Shown: positions 40,674 through 52,642, counted from the first letter of the stretch. The stretch: 64,000 nt of DNA from Verrucomicrobiota bacterium (GCA_047947115.1 CP170459.1:5632001-5696000), one strand, 5' to 3'. Made by a program: numbers and translations. The notes: generated by a model from the letters alone, not told the origin.

Positions 40674-43600
40674 TTAGTGATTGAATAAAAAGGATGGATT
40701 ATTGATCAATGCCCAGGCCACATCCTGGGCGGCAGTCAATCTTGAGTGTTTGATTTGTTCCGAACTCAACTCAAATGCCCGACGCAGGCCTTTCAGTGTC
40801 GGATCCATGGGCAACGGTTTGCTGACCAGGTCGAGACGAGCCTTGAGACGAGTCAGTTCGGGATCTTCGGGACGCGGTTTCCTGGTTTCTTCCAACGTTT
40901 TTTCCAACTTGGCAAGCTCGGCATCCCGGGAGCGGTAAAAGGTCTCCAACTCCCTGAATTGATCGTCACTTCGATCACCGGCATCCAACGCAAGTAATGA
41001 TTCAATGGCGGAAGGAATCCCCAAATCTATATGCTCCACGGCATCGGTCAGGGACAAGCGGAACCGGCCGATGGCGTGTTTGTTGCTTTGGTAGTTCTGG
41101 GTCATCCTGACTTCGATCAACACGGATTCACCTGCTGGCAGGGATTCCTTCAATTCAAAAACAGCCACATGATACCGCCCCAACTGAGGAGAAACCGCCC
41201 ACCCATTGTTGCCGCCCTTGTTGCCGTCAACGGCATTGCCAACCGGAAAATTTCCCTGACTGAAATCAGCTTGGGCTTTGTGCAGTTTGAGATCGGTCCA
41301 TTTGGAAGGATTGGATACCGGCGCCCACCGCGCCTCGATTTCGGTCAGCACAAAGTTACCATCATCCGCCCGTCCCGGCCCGTTCTTCGGCAATGATTCA
41401 TCCAGGAGAGTCTCCAAGCGCAGAGCAGTCAACGCCGTCCCGCCGGTCCGGCCCTGAATAGTGTAGATCGTTTGCCCCAGCTTGCCTTCGGCTTTGACGG
41501 ATGCATCTCGTTGAAGCACCAGTTTGGTGTCATTGGAGGCCGTTACGTTCCGAATATCCATGGCCTTCCATTCAACGCTCGATTGAGGGTTCCTCAACCA
41601 GGATTCGAACCCCTGACGCCATTCGGTTTCATGCTGTTTCAAAGCCGCTTCGGCGCTGGCGATTTTCTCCTGCCGATCGGCCTCCAGTTTGGATTCTCTG
41701 GGGGCGATTTCAGCTTCATAGTCACTTACATCCCTCCTGGCTTCGGTGATCCGTTGTTCACGCTCGGCTTCCTGGCGTTTCTGAATAGGGGCATAGTCCT
41801 TTTCGTAATCTGCCAATTGTTGCTCCACGGTGGCGTGGTGATCGGCCACCAGATCGAAAACTTTCATGTTGCGTTCTATTTCAGAGCTTGCTGGAGCGCG
41901 ATTCAAAATGCGCCAATACAACTGCTCCACCACTTTTTCATTACTGGCTTCTTTCTTGACCAACTCGGCGATGGCATTCGCAGAATCGGAGATGGCCTGA
42001 TCCACCGTGGGACCGCTTACCAGGGACAGGATGGAACCCAACTGCAGTTCGCTCGAACGTTCGCATTCGCAGGCACTCTCGCGGACGGGACGCCCCAGGT
42101 TCGCCAAAAATCCATCGTCCAATTTAACCCCCACATCAGGCAACTGCACGGCGCGGGTACCTCTCGGGACTCCGGGAAAGGCAGGATCCGCCCCTGTCAC
42201 AAAATATATGGCGTCATGCAACACTTCGGCAGGAAGTCGCTTGGGCGTGGCATGGGAAAAATTGATGGCGTCATCTTCGTTCCATGCATTGGTCTCGATG
42301 GACAATTGATACACACGTGATTTGCAAATGGTGCGGGTCAGGTGTTGCACATCAAATCCATGGTCCACGAAATCCTGTGTCAACCAATCCAGCAACTCCG
42401 GATTGGAAGGAGGATTGCCGGCTCGAATGTCGTCGAGTGGTTCGATCAAACCCACTCCCATCAAGTAACCCCAGATGCGGTTGACATAACTCTTGGCGAA
42501 ATAATCATTGTCCGGACTGGTCATCCAGGAAGCCAAGGTATCGCGGCGTGTGGCTTCCTCTGATGGCTCGTTGAATGCTGCCTCATAAGGAAAAGCCGGG
42601 GGAGTGGCCTGTCCAGTGCGCAGATGCGTCACTTCTCCTTTGTCCGCTTCGTAAACAACCTCGTATAAAGGTTTGCGACCTTCAACAGCGGTTCCGCCGA
42701 TGAATTGATCCTTGCTTTCAGGATCACCTTTCAATGAAACCCTGGCAAAGTAGGCGGACATTTCATAGTACTGATCCTGAGTCCAACGTTCAAAGGGGTG
42801 GTCATGGCATTTGTTACAATTGAACCGCGTCGCGAGGAAAAGGTGCGTGGTGTTCTCCATGATAGCTTCGGGATCGCGGAGGATTTTGTAATAGGAAGCC
42901 GCCGGATTTTCTTTATTGGAACCGTTTGCGGTCAGGATCTTGCGGGCAAATTGATCGTAAGGAGTGTTGGATTCGATTTCTTTCCGGATCCAGTCCCTGA
43001 ACATCGATGCTCCTTCGGGCCCCAGAAACTTGCGGTTGACCTGCAACAGGTCGGCCCATTTGTTGGTCCAATAATCCACAAAATCCCGGTTCCCCACCAG
43101 ATGATCGATCAAGGCATTCCGTTTTTCCCGGGAAGGCTTCGGGTCATTCAGAAAATCCTGAAGCTGCAGAACCGAGGGAGGCAGTCCGGTCAGGTCCAGA
43201 TACACACGCCGCGCAAATTCAGTATCCGTGCACAAACCGGAAGGCAGGATGCGCATCCGTTTCCATTTGGCGACAGCGGCTTCATCGACCTTGTTGTAGG
43301 TTTCGACATCCACCCACTCAAAACCGGAACGATCTCCCATCACCGTGACGGTCGTTGAAGCATACGCGCCCTCATAACGCGCCAGCATAGGCGCTTCTCC
43401 CCGCCGCACTGAAGAAACCAAACCAAGTTCATCCACGGTGGCAACTTCGGAATTCCCGGTTTCCACGAAAGCCTCACGTGTCACATCACGATGCGAACCA
43501 TCGGGAAAACGTGCCACGACACGCAATTGCTGCAGATCACCAATGGATCGTATGACGGGATTCTGAGGAATGATTTCAATGGAGCTGGCTTTGGGGCTTT

Positions 43601-45728
43601 CAGTATTCAATTCACAACCCTGAGCAATCCATTGTTTCAGCATCTCGTAAAACGGTTCCCCCATGCGGGTGCGTTGCCCCCCTTCATGTGGCACGGCCGA
43701 AGTGGATTTCAACAACATCAGGCTGTCATCTGGCGAAGCGAAGTTGATGCGTCGTCCGGCGAGATCATCAGTAAACGCCCGCACGTCATACAGGGGATCG
43801 TATCCGCGCAGGGATAATTTGAATCCATTCTTGCCGTCCTTGGCGCCGTGACACGTACCGGAGTTGCAACCCATTTTGGAAATCACCGGATTCACATCCT
43901 GAACAAAGTCGGGGCGCAATGGCCGGGTATAACCATCCACGCTGACGGGTAGTTTGACTTGATGTCCCTCATACTGCACCAGGACGGTATCGCTTCCATC
44001 TGCTTCAGGTGTGATGATGCCCCTGGATGATATGGAGACCCGTTCACCACCCGCCTTGAAGGTGACCAAACGCGTCAGATCAACAGATTGCCCGGAAGCA
44101 GTCCACCCCTGAACGACCAGCTGGAATGACTCATAGGCATTTTCAAACCGAACTTGGGATGGGGAAACGCTCATGGTGTAAATCGCGTCAGCATCGGCGT
44201 CATTCAATGGAACAGGAACAAATGCCTGCCTTAAGGACAAAGTGTCGGCACTCAACACACGCACAACTCCATCCGCCCCGCCGATAGCCAACCGATGACC
44301 ATCGGTGTGAAAAGCCACAGCATAAAGCGCCGTTTCAAAGGAACTGTCGGCCAGCCTCTTGATGCCCTGGGTCCAGAATGCCTCGACTTTTTGCCGCTCC
44401 TCGGCATTTCGACTGGAAGCGACTTTTTGCATGATGGCCTTGAGTTCATCCGACAGCGTGCTGTCCACATCACTGTCGTAAACACTTGCAAACCCCTTGC
44501 CGTCCAAACTGCTCACCGCCACAATCCGCTTTCCGTCCGGGCTGTAGTCAACGCCAAAAATACGTCCTGTCATGCCGGGAAAACGACGGATCAGGTTGGC
44601 ATTGTCTCCGATGACACGTTTGGTCTGACGGAACATGCGGTAAATCTGCGGCGTTCCGTCTGCTGCACCGATAAGGATTTCATCCTTGGAAGGATGCCGT
44701 GCCACGGACTGAATCCCGCCTCTCAAAGCTCCCGGAGTAATGGACGTGATGTTGTCAATGAACCGCTCGGTGGCGACTTCGGTCAGTTTGGCCGTCTGGT
44801 CACGTCCGACGGAAACAAGGTGATCACCTTTGACATTGAATACCGTATCGATCACCCAATCATTGTGAGACCCCTGAAACAGAACCTGTTTTCCATCTTT
44901 GACCTGAAAGGCTCTCAAGGTGTTGTCGGCACATCCTAACGCGATCAGGGTTCCATCAGGCGACCAACTGGCTCCATAAACGGTGTCGTATGAAACAGGA
45001 ACCGACAAATCCAGTTCTCCACTGGCGACATCCCAAATCTGAAGTTCCCCCATGCGACCGGGAGAGCCGCCGGCGACAGCCAGTTTGGTGGCATCGGGTG
45101 AGAAGCGGACAGACTCAATACGTTGGGACAATCCGATCAAGCGCTTTTCCAAACCGGACCCATCGGCCTTGTGCAATAACACTTCGTGAAAACCTGAAAC
45201 CGCCAACCAACGACCATCAGGTGAATAATCCAGTGAGGTGATCAAGGGTGGTCGCTGATAAACGGGAGGGTTTTCCAAATCATAACGCGGAACGGCATTA
45301 GGCGGAGTGTCATTGATCGCGCCTTGATCAATCCAGCGTCGAACCAGATCGATTTCAACACTCGACAAAGGCTCCTCCTTGCGGGGCATCTCTGCCTTGC
45401 CGTTCACCGGTGTGATCAACTCGACGAGATAACTCTGCGCTGCATTTCCTGGCAGGATGGCTTTCCCCCCACTCTCGCCACCTTGAATCATTCGCTCAAA
45501 ATGGGTCATCACATAATCGCCTTCCGGTTTGGCTGGCTGATGACACCCATGGCATTTGGCTTGAAAAACAGGTCGAATATGCTGGTAATAGCTGACTTTT
45601 GACGAATCATCCTCCTGGCCAAGAACCCAGACTTGGGATGATGCTGCCAGCATGGCAACCACCAGTTTCCCAACCGTTTTCTGCCAATCCCGGACACAAG
45701 TAAGGTACAATGCTCGCGGTGCAATCAT
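40674..45728 (-). CDS. Large cytochrome c / WD40 / Ig-like / DUF1549 / DUF1553 protein
   Basis: CHGCH..MP; WD40 repeats (YSPDG, FSPDA, WSPDG); [33 protein letters not shown]; coiled coils around a beta-sandwich; terminal FLFNH. Start uncertain (ORF maximum 45791). Confidence 0.9.
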   Translation of the reverse strand: MIAPRALYLTCVRDWQKTVGKLVVAMLAASSQVWVLGQEDDSSKVSYYQHIRPVFQAKCHGCHQPAKPEGDYVMTHFERMIQGGESGGKAILPGNAAQSYLVELITPVNGKAEMPRKEEPLSSVEIDLVRRWIDQGAINDTPPNAVPRYDLENPPVYQRPPLITSLDYSPDGRWLAVSGFHEVLLHKADGSGLEKRLIGLSQRIESVRFSPDATKLAVAGGSPGRMGELQIWDVASGELDLSVPVSYDTVYGASWSPDGTLIALGCADNTLRAFQVKDGKQVLFQGSHNDWVIDTVFNVKGDHLVSVGRDQTAKLTEVATERFIDNITSITPGALRGGIQSVARHPSKDEILIGAADGTPQIYRMFRQTKRVIGDNANLIRRFPGMTGRIFGVDYSPDGKRIVAVSSLDGKGFASVYDSDVDSTLSDELKAIMQKVASSRNAEERQKVEAFWTQGIKRLADSSFETALYAVAFHTDGHRLAIGGADGVVRVLSADTLSLRQAFVPVPLNDADADAIYTMSVSPSQVRFENAYESFQLVVQGWTASGQSVDLTRLVTFKAGGERVSISSRGIITPEADGSDTVLVQYEGHQVKLPVSVDGYTRPLRPDFVQDVNPVISKMGCNSGTCHGAKDGKNGFKLSLRGYDPLYDVRAFTDDLAGRRINFASPDDSLMLLKSTSAVPHEGGQRTRMGEPFYEMLKQWIAQGCELNTESPKASSIEIIPQNPVIRSIGDLQQLRVVARFPDGSHRDVTREAFVETGNSEVATVDELGLVSSVRRGEAPMLARYEGAYASTTVTVMGDRSGFEWVDVETYNKVDEAAVAKWKRMRILPSGLCTDTEFARRVYLDLTGLPPSVLQLQDFLNDPKPSREKRNALIDHLVGNRDFVDYWTNKWADLLQVNRKFLGPEGASMFRDWIRKEIESNTPYDQFARKILTANGSNKENPAASYYKILRDPEAIMENTTHLFLATRFNCNKCHDHPFERWTQDQYYEMSAYFARVSLKGDPESKDQFIGGTAVEGRKPLYEVVYEADKGEVTHLRTGQATPPAFPYEAAFNEPSEEATRRDTLASWMTSPDNDYFAKSYVNRIWGYLMGVGLIEPLDDIRAGNPPSNPELLDWLTQDFVDHGFDVQHLTRTICKSRVYQLSIETNAWNEDDAINFSHATPKRLPAEVLHDAIYFVTGADPAFPGVPRGTRAVQLPDVGVKLDDGFLANLGRPVRESACECERSSELQLGSILSLVSGPTVDQAISDSANAIAELVKKEASNEKVVEQLYWRILNRAPASSEIERNMKVFDLVADHHATVEQQLADYEKDYAPIQKRQEAEREQRITEARRDVSDYEAEIAPRESKLEADRQEKIASAEAALKQHETEWRQGFESWLRNPQSSVEWKAMDIRNVTASNDTKLVLQRDASVKAEGKLGQTIYTIQGRTGGTALTALRLETLLDESLPKNGPGRADDGNFVLTEIEARWAPVSNPSKWTDLKLHKAQADFSQGNFPVGNAVDGNKGGNNGWAVSPQLGRYHVAVFELKESLPAGESVLIEVRMTQNYQSNKHAIGRFRLSLTDAVEHIDLGIPSAIESLLALDAGDRSDDQFRELETFYRSRDAELAKLEKTLEETRKPRPEDPELTRLKARLDLVSKPLPMDPTLKGLRRAFELSSEQIKHSRLTAAQDVAWALINNPSFLFNH

Positions 45729-46208
45729 ATAGCTGATGGCTCTACTATAGAGCATCTCAGGGTAAGGAAAATGTTTTTTTTCAGCTCCCAATTATCGCCC
45801 CACATGGATCTCGACAGTGGAATGGACAATTTGGGATTGCTCTGCAGAAGCATTCACCGACAATGAGACGGCAGCAGCATAGATATCAGGACCAATCGAC
45901 CAAACGTAACGATCGGTCACAACTGCGCCTTCCGCTTCAATCAACAGTCGCACCTTTGACACCAGACTTTCCGGGGCCTGATGATCACCAACACACTACT
46001 ATTTTGCCCCAACAATCCCATGCGGGTTCAGTTGTCAATGAGTAGTTGTGTTGAGCTTGTTTAATCGATGCGATTCATCCGGCCCACCTGCAGCAAAGTG
46101 TCACACCATATCCACTCAATTACTTGGAATGGGAGCTGCTGATCCCCTGATTGTCTTTTGCTTGCTTTGCTGTGATCGACTGCTCAATATCTTGTTCATT
46201 CCAACATT

Positions 46209-46427
46209 ATGAAAAATCCCGCCGTTCTTGTGACACTTATTGCATCGATTGGCCTCGTGATATCGGCAAGCATCATGTCAAGCGCCATCACCACCTTTGG
46301 ACGAAGCCTCGAAAGGGCCGCAACATCAAAAAGACCGAATGAAATTCGCATTCCATCAAACTTCACCATTGATTTTGCCGGAGGCAACCGCCCCATACGC
46401 ATCGATCTGGAGGAAACGCAGAAGTAA
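46209..46427 (+). CDS. Small single-TM hypothetical protein
   Basis: 72 aa, clean hydrophobic helix (VLVTLIASIGLVISASIM), in an otherwise empty gap. Confidence 0.55.
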   Translation: MKNPAVLVTLIASIGLVISASIMSSAITTFGRSLERAATSKRPNEIRIPSNFTIDFAGGNRPIRIDLEETQK

Positions 46428-46609
46428 TGAAAACACGAAGGATTCCCACCGGAAATCCAATAGCCAAACCGGCCCCATGAAATACAGTACAGTCCATATG
46501 ATCCGTGATTAAAAAGAATTCAATCGACAGGCAACAGAGTTAGCCTCCCTCACCAGAATCGCTCTGATTTATTGATTGGTATCAGGGATGACCTGTATTA
46601 GAAAAATGC

Positions 46610-48055
46610 GTGATGCTTAGTTCCTTTCTCATCCTTTTTGCCGGCATGGCGATGGTGCTGGGGTGTATCCTGGTGTGGAGGTTGCCGGCATTTCTCGCTC
46701 TGATCGGAGCAGCATGGCTGACCGCCGCCCTGACGCCAGACACCGCCCTGAGCACCTACGCGACATCACAGGGATGGAATGAAACGGAAACCGCATCCTT
46801 TATCAAGCAGACCTCCATCAAACGTGTCGCGACCGAACTGGCAGAAACTTTTGGCAAGGTGGGGATCATCATCGCCATGGCATCTGTCATAGGCAAATGC
46901 CTCCTGGCAAGCGGCGGCGCCGATCGTATCGTCAGGTCGGCTTTGAAGGTCATTGGTATCAGGAATGCTCCGTGGGCCTTTACAGGCAGCGGTTTTCTAT
47001 TGGGTATCCCCGTGTTTTTTGACACCTTGTTTTACCTCATGATCCCGCTCGCCAAATCCCTCGGTTTTCGGGAGAAAAACAAATACGCGCTATTGGTCAT
47101 GTCCATCATCGCCGGCGGCACCATGGCCCACTCACTCGTCCCCCCCACCCCCGGTCCACTCTTAGTCGCCACGCAACTGGACGTTCCGCTTGGGTCGATG
47201 ATGATCGGGGGATTGCTGGTGGGCGTATTCACCTGCTGGATCGGACAGATGTACGCGCGCTGGGCCAACCAAAAATGGCCCCTGCCCATCAGGAATTCAG
47301 GGGGAGTGACTGTCAAAGAACTCAAGCAACAAATCGAAACGGACGATTCCAAACTTCCCCCACTGCTCTGGTCTTTGCTCCCCATTGTACTGCCGGTGAT
47401 TCTCATTGGCCTTCAATCCTTGGCAACCTCACTTCAATGGACTCCCGAATCCATTCAAAACAACTTGCTAGCGGGTTTAATGAATCTGGTGAACGTGGTC
47501 GGAGAAAAAAACACCGCCTTGACCCTGTCAGCCATTACCGGGTTGCTGCTGCTCTACCGTTTTCCCGGGCAAGCAAAGGGCAAGATACGAACTTCACTGG
47601 AAGATGCATTGAGCCAGGGAGGATTGATTCTCTTGATCACTTCCGCAGGAGGAGCCTTTGGAGGCATCCTGCAGCATACCGGAATCGCCACCCACATCCA
47701 GGAATGGGCAAGCGGTTATCAATTGGCTTTGCTGCCTCTGGCATTTTTTGTCACGACACTCGTCCGCACCGCCCAAGGCTCAGCCACCGTGGCCATGATC
47801 ACGACGGTGGGCATATTCGGCGGCATGGCAGAATCTGGTGAACTGGCCTTTCATCCACTTTACCTGGCTTTGGCCATCGGATGCGGATCCAAACCTTTCC
47901 CATGGATGAATGACAGCGGATTCTGGATCATCGGACGCATGAGCGGTATGGAAGAAAAAGAGACCTTCCGATATTTTTCCTTCATGATCTCGCTCATGGG
48001 ACTGGCCGGCCTCATCGTCATCATGCTGGCCGCCCTGGTGATCCCGCTCAAATAA
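46610..48055 (+). CDS. GntP family (gluconate:H+ symporter-like) permease
   Basis: Polytopic; GIPVFFD, HSLVPPTPGP, ITSAGGAFG, RTAQGSATVAMIT, WMNDSGFW. Confidence 0.9.
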   Translation: MMLSSFLILFAGMAMVLGCILVWRLPAFLALIGAAWLTAALTPDTALSTYATSQGWNETETASFIKQTSIKRVATELAETFGKVGIIIAMASVIGKCLLASGGADRIVRSALKVIGIRNAPWAFTGSGFLLGIPVFFDTLFYLMIPLAKSLGFREKNKYALLVMSIIAGGTMAHSLVPPTPGPLLVATQLDVPLGSMMIGGLLVGVFTCWIGQMYARWANQKWPLPIRNSGGVTVKELKQQIETDDSKLPPLLWSLLPIVLPVILIGLQSLATSLQWTPESIQNNLLAGLMNLVNVVGEKNTALTLSAITGLLLLYRFPGQAKGKIRTSLEDALSQGGLILLITSAGGAFGGILQHTGIATHIQEWASGYQLALLPLAFFVTTLVRTAQGSATVAMITTVGIFGGMAESGELAFHPLYLALAIGCGSKPFPWMNDSGFWIIGRMSGMEEKETFRYFSFMISLMGLAGLIVIMLAALVIPLK

Positions 48056-48134
48056 ACTCAAGCCGCCTGATCATTTTTCAACATCCGTCACGACTGTTGT
48101 TCGGCAGTTTGAAAAATGGTTTACCTTGGGATTC

Positions 48135-48728
48135 CTAATGTGTGACCGGAATGATTCCCATCACACGACTTACAACTGGAGGGTATATTCCGTTAGCGGC
48201 AACCCAGCCTCGGGCGGTTTCGAATTCGGATGGAGTGTTGATGTTGAAGGCTTCCATGCCATCTGCATCGCTCCATTGGAAGACCTGCGTTTCCTCATGG
48301 TGAAACAGCGCATACAAGGATCGTCGATCGGCTTTGAGCTCTACTTGAACCATGGACAGAAATCGATGCGGAACAACCAATGGAAACCCACGGCGGTTTT
48401 CCATCTGCATACAAGCGATTCCGTTCAATTTCGAAGCATTGATCGTCAAATCCTTCAACGTGGGAACCGAAACAAATGGCATATCACAACTGAGGAAGAG
48501 ATGAAAATCCGCATCGCTGTGGCGCAGACCGGTTTCAATTCCTGCCAGTGGGCCTTTTCCCGGTTGCAGATCTTTTGAGATCAAGGTGACGGGGCTGCTC
48601 ACCGCTTCTGCAGTCAGGCGAACCCAATCGATCAAATGTTTTCCATCCAGTTTGAGCAACGATTTATCTGTTCCCATGCGACGACTGGAGCCGCCTGCGA
48701 GGATATGAATCACGGTGGAAGGGGTCAT
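48135..48728 (-). CDS. mobA: Molybdenum cofactor guanylyltransferase
   Basis: Start moved to MTPSTV; ILAGGSSRRMGTDK, GPLAGI, SCDMPF, FNINTP. Confidence 0.85.
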   Translation of the reverse strand: MTPSTVIHILAGGSSRRMGTDKSLLKLDGKHLIDWVRLTAEAVSSPVTLISKDLQPGKGPLAGIETGLRHSDADFHLFLSCDMPFVSVPTLKDLTINASKLNGIACMQMENRRGFPLVVPHRFLSMVQVELKADRRSLYALFHHEETQVFQWSDADGMEAFNINTPSEFETARGWVAANGIYPPVVSRVMGIIPVTH

Positions 48729-48849
48729 AGCTGGATCTCTCCGGATGGTGCCTGGTATGTTTGCTTCACGGTGCGGTCTCGAGTGTGATGTGGCATCCGG
48801 GACAATTTCATTGATTTTCCGGATCAAATCCAGCATCAATAATGCGCAT

Positions 48850-49884
48850 ATGAACTCCCGAAAATATCTACTGACACTGGCAAGTGCTGCCGTGTTTGCT
48901 TTGTCTGCATCCGTCAAGGCGGATGTATCAAATGTCGTGGCCGACATGGCCTGGGCTGCCAACAATTTCCTGAATGCTCTGACAGATGAGGAACGTGGAA
49001 CGGCCAGTTTTGAATTCAAAGACGATCAACGGATCGACTGGCACTTCATCCCCAAAGAAAGAAAAGGATTGGCCATCAACCAGATATCCGGTGAAAAAAA
49101 GACTTTGGCCCAGGCTCTGTTGTCCAGCGGCTTGAGTTCGAAAGGCTATCTGCAGGCATCCACCATCATGACTCTGGAAAAAATTCTTCAGGACATGGAA
49201 GGCCCCGGCCGTCGATTCCCACGCGACCCCGAGCTTTACCACGTCTGCATATTCGGACATCCCAGTGACACCGGCACATGGGCATGGAGTTTTGAAGGAC
49301 ACCACTTGTCGGTTAATTTCACCATCGTCAAAGGGCGGGAAATTTCTGCCACACCGCATTTCATGGGAACCAATCCGGCTCACGTGAAAGAAGGCCCTCG
49401 CAAGGGACTTCAAGTTCTGGGCAACGAAGAAAATCAAGCACGCGCCCTGCTGAAATCCTTGCGTCCTGCTCAATTCAAGAAAGCCATGATCAGCGACAAG
49501 GCGCCGTCCGACATTTTCACCGCCGCTGAAAAAGAAGTTGGGCCACTGGAAGACAAGGGCATCGCGGCATCTGATTTGGGCTGGAGTCAGAAAGAAGCCC
49601 TTTTGGGTATCATTGAAACATATCTCTACCATGTTCGACCTGCGGTAGCAGAAGTTGAATTGGAAAAAATCGAAAAGGCAGGCATCGCAAACATCAAATT
49701 CGCCTGGATGGGAGGATCCAATGTAGGAGACGCCCATTATTACCGGATTCAAGGGCCCACCTTCGTATTGGAATACGACAACATTCAGAACGGCGCCAAC
49801 CACGTGCATGCCGTCTGGCGTGATTTCAACGGCGATTTCGGACGTGACCTCCTGAAACGGCACTACGAACAATTCGCCCATTAA
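48850..49884 (+). CDS. DUF3500 family secreted protein
   Basis: Start MNSRKY with signal peptide; FEGHHLSVN, TPHFMG, YYRIQGP, NHVHAVWRD, DFG. Confidence 0.85.
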   Translation: MNSRKYLLTLASAAVFALSASVKADVSNVVADMAWAANNFLNALTDEERGTASFEFKDDQRIDWHFIPKERKGLAINQISGEKKTLAQALLSSGLSSKGYLQASTIMTLEKILQDMEGPGRRFPRDPELYHVCIFGHPSDTGTWAWSFEGHHLSVNFTIVKGREISATPHFMGTNPAHVKEGPRKGLQVLGNEENQARALLKSLRPAQFKKAMISDKAPSDIFTAAEKEVGPLEDKGIAASDLGWSQKEALLGIIETYLYHVRPAVAEVELEKIEKAGIANIKFAWMGGSNVGDAHYYRIQGPTFVLEYDNIQNGANHVHAVWRDFNGDFGRDLLKRHYEQFAH

Positions 49885-49987
49885 TGAGGACTTGATTCCC
49901 TGATCGTTCCTTTTTTATTTTACAGCCAACCGCGGTGCGTTGATTCGACGACGCACCGCGGATTTGTTTATCAACCAAACTAAATTC

Positions 49988-51190
49988 ATGGGAAAAAAAC
50001 GCCGCAGAAAACCCGCTCCCCCAACACTGGAGCCGTCCTTCGAATGCGAAGGAGATTTTGACAAAAACATCGGAGACATAGTTACGTTGGATATCACCGA
50101 CGTGGCCTTCGGCGGTGAAGGTGTGGGACGACACGAAGGGTTTGTGGTGTTTGTTCCCTTTGTGATCACGGGAGAAAAAGTGCGGGCGCGCATTACGGAG
50201 ATTCACAAACAGTTCGCGCGGGCAGAATTGATGGAGGTCCTCGAACCATCCGCGCACCGAATCGATTCCACCTGTCCTTACTACGGAGAATGCGGCGGCT
50301 GCCAATATCAACACATCGAATATAATGAACAACTGAACATCAAGCGCAAACAAGTCAGCGACCTTTTCGAGCGGATCGGCGGGCAATCCAAAGACATCGT
50401 CCAACCGGCTGTCGGCTGCCCCATCCCGTACGGATACCGCAACCGAATCATGGTCCGCACTCAGTATAATCGGGACACCAAGGCGATGAATGTGGGTTTT
50501 CTCAGATACCACAGCCGCCTTGTCGTCGACATCCCAGAATGCGCGATTGCGGAACCGGAGCTTAACGAGTCATTGAAAGAAGTCCGCATCGATCCACCTC
50601 GCAAAAACGGCATCAAATTTACTTTGCGCGCATTTCCAAAAGATTGGGATCTGCCTCCGGACTCCTTTTTTCAGGTCAATTATCATCAACTGCCAAATAT
50701 GGTAGGTGCTGTTGCGGATTGCCTGAAAGCTGCCGGCACGAAATTCCTGATCGACGCATACTGTGGAGTCGGTTTTTTCAGCCTGTCACTCGCTGATGTT
50801 GTGGAATCCTACATCGGCGTGGAAGTGGATCACCGGGCGATCCAATCAGCACGTAAAAACGCTGAATCCATGCAACGCCTGAACGGATCCTTCATCGAAG
50901 CCACCACCGAGGAAGTCATTGAAGAGCTCGTTAAAAAATACCACCCAGAAGCGACGACCATCATCCTGGATCCGCCGCGCAAAGGATGCCACGCCTCCAT
51001 TCTTGAGGTCCTGCGCAGAGCCAGACCGAAACAGATCATCTATGTGTCCTGCCAACCGGCAACACTTTCAAGAGACATCAAGGCCCTGTGTGCGGACGAA
51101 TTATTTGAAGTGAACCAGGTCATTCCGCTGGACATGTTCCCACAGACCCAACATGTTGAGTGTGTAACTGATATAAGACTCAAAAAATAA
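49988..51190 (+). CDS. rlmD: TRAM-domain RNA m5U methyltransferase (RlmD/TrmA family)
   Basis: TRAM start GGEGVG..VFVP; CPYYGECGGC (4Fe-4S); SFFQVN; DAYCGVG; DPPRKG; YVSC; DMFPQTQHVE. Confidence 0.88.
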   Translation: MGKKRRRKPAPPTLEPSFECEGDFDKNIGDIVTLDITDVAFGGEGVGRHEGFVVFVPFVITGEKVRARITEIHKQFARAELMEVLEPSAHRIDSTCPYYGECGGCQYQHIEYNEQLNIKRKQVSDLFERIGGQSKDIVQPAVGCPIPYGYRNRIMVRTQYNRDTKAMNVGFLRYHSRLVVDIPECAIAEPELNESLKEVRIDPPRKNGIKFTLRAFPKDWDLPPDSFFQVNYHQLPNMVGAVADCLKAAGTKFLIDAYCGVGFFSLSLADVVESYIGVEVDHRAIQSARKNAESMQRLNGSFIEATTEEVIEELVKKYHPEATTIILDPPRKGCHASILEVLRRARPKQIIYVSCQPATLSRDIKALCADELFEVNQVIPLDMFPQTQHVECVTDIRLKK

Positions 51191-51217
51191 AAAAGGTCTT
51201 TTTTTACCTTTTAAGGG

Positions 51218-51246
51218 TTGCCAAAGCATTGTCGATGGCTTATTAA
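51218..51246 (+). promoter_or_regulatory. Putative sigma70 promoter of rho
   Basis: TTGCCA-N17-TATTAA, giving a ~140-nt leader with a hairpin (gcaagctc...gggcttgc). Confidence 0.4.
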
Positions 51247-51394
51247 ACCGCAAGCTCCTGACCATCCTGCGGGCTTGCATATATTTCTGTTCGGTTCTGG
51301 CGTTCAAGTGTTACGGAGGATTTGAACGCATTTTCAGCGGCGGTTTTCCATTGGTGAAAAAACGCCATACCAAAACAGGTGAATTCAATCTATT

Positions 51395-52642
51395 ATGAAT
51401 AATAAATCCGCCAAAGGCGGCAACGGTCCTTATAAGGGATCGAAACATCCAAAAGGACCTAAAGGCCCCAAGGGACCGAAAGGTCAAAAAGGACCGAAAG
51501 GTCCCAAGGGCCCCAAAGGTCCAATCAACCAAGATGTGAAACTGGATGACGGTGAAGGTTATCTGGAGATAGCAGAGAAGGGTTTCGGATTTCTCCGATC
51601 CTCTGACCAGCATTTCTCTCCGAAACCCACCGATATTTTCGTGACCCCGGACACCATCAAGCGCAATTACCTGCGTGAGGGTTCCTTCATCAAGGCCGTC
51701 ACACAACCTCCACACCGCGGGAACAATCCTCAGTTGCGTGAAATCCGCGAAATCAATGGCATGACACCACAGGAGTATGGCAAGTCAATGCGTATTGAAA
51801 ATCTGACCACGATTGATCCCATTGAAAAATTCAAACTTGAGACAACGCCCGACCTGATCGAAACACGCATCATCGACCTGGTCACTCCGATTGGAAAAGG
51901 AACCCGTGGTCTCATCGTCGCGCCTCCCCGCACCGGGAAAACAACGATTCTCAAACAAATCGCCAACGCCATCACGACAAACCACCCAGAAGTGGAAGTC
52001 ATCGTGTTGCTCATTGATGAACGTCCCGAAGAAGTCACCGATTTCACACGATCGGTCAATGCGGAAGTGATTGCATCCTCCAACGATCAGGAACTTGAAA
52101 CCCATGTGCGATTGTCGCGTTTCGTCATCGAACGTTGCCGTCGTCGTGTGGAGATGGGCAAGGATGTGTTCGTGCTCCTTGACTCCATCACACGCGTGGC
52201 ACGCGCCTACAACAGCGTCCATGGCGGAAGCGGACGCACCATGACCGGCGGTGTGGATGCGCGTGCGCTGGAAATCCCGCGCAAGATGTTTGCATCAGCC
52301 CGCAAAATTGAAGAAGGCGGATCGCTGACCATCCTGGCAACCGCTCTGGTGGATACCGGGTCCCGCATGGATGAGTTGATCTTCCAGGAATTCAAAGGAA
52401 CCGGCAACATGGAATTGATTCTCGACCGCAAACTGTCCGACAGACGCCTTTACCCGGCTTTGGACATCCCGAAAAGCGGGACGCGCAAGGAGGAAAAACT
52501 CTATGGACCACAATGGATCCAGGCCATTCACAAGCTGCGTCGTGAGATGATCGACATCAATCCGATCGAGGCCTTGGAAACATTGACCTCGGCCCTCAAA
52601 AAGTACAAGACCAATGAGGAGTTTTTGAAACGGTTGCTGTAA
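51395..52642 (+). CDS. rho: Transcription termination factor Rho
   Basis: GYLEI..KGFGFLR, PIGKGTRGLIVAPPRTGKT (Walker A), LLIDERPEEVTD, LLDSITR, EFKGTGNME, SGTRKEE. Confidence 0.97.
   Translation: MNNKSAKGGNGPYKGSKHPKGPKGPKGPKGQKGPKGPKGPKGPINQDVKLDDGEGYLEIAEKGFGFLRSSDQHFSPKPTDIFVTPDTIKRNYLREGSFIKAVTQPPHRGNNPQLREIREINGMTPQEYGKSMRIENLTTIDPIEKFKLETTPDLIETRIIDLVTPIGKGTRGLIVAPPRTGKTTILKQIANAITTNHPEVEVIVLLIDERPEEVTDFTRSVNAEVIASSNDQELETHVRLSRFVIERCRRRVEMGKDVFVLLDSITRVARAYNSVHGGSGRTMTGGVDARALEIPRKMFASARKIEEGGSLTILATALVDTGSRMDELIFQEFKGTGNMELILDRKLSDRRLYPALDIPKSGTRKEEKLYGPQWIQAIHKLRREMIDINPIEALETLTSALKKYKTNEEFLKRLL
51455..51523 (+). repeat. Coding 9-bp tandem repeat, (Gly-Pro-Lys)n, in Rho N-terminus
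   Basis: GPK GPK GPK GQK GPK GPK GPK GP, with synonymous variation between units. Confidence 0.9.

Noticed and set aside
48729..49019. Apparent mobA/DUF3500 head-to-head overlap and possible Moco riboswitch
   Set aside because: Overlap disappears with starts 48728 and 48850; the 121-nt spacer has short dyads but nothing I can match to the riboswitch.
48928..49881. 317-aa minus-strand ORF
   Set aside because: Mirror of DUF3500; no recognisable motifs.
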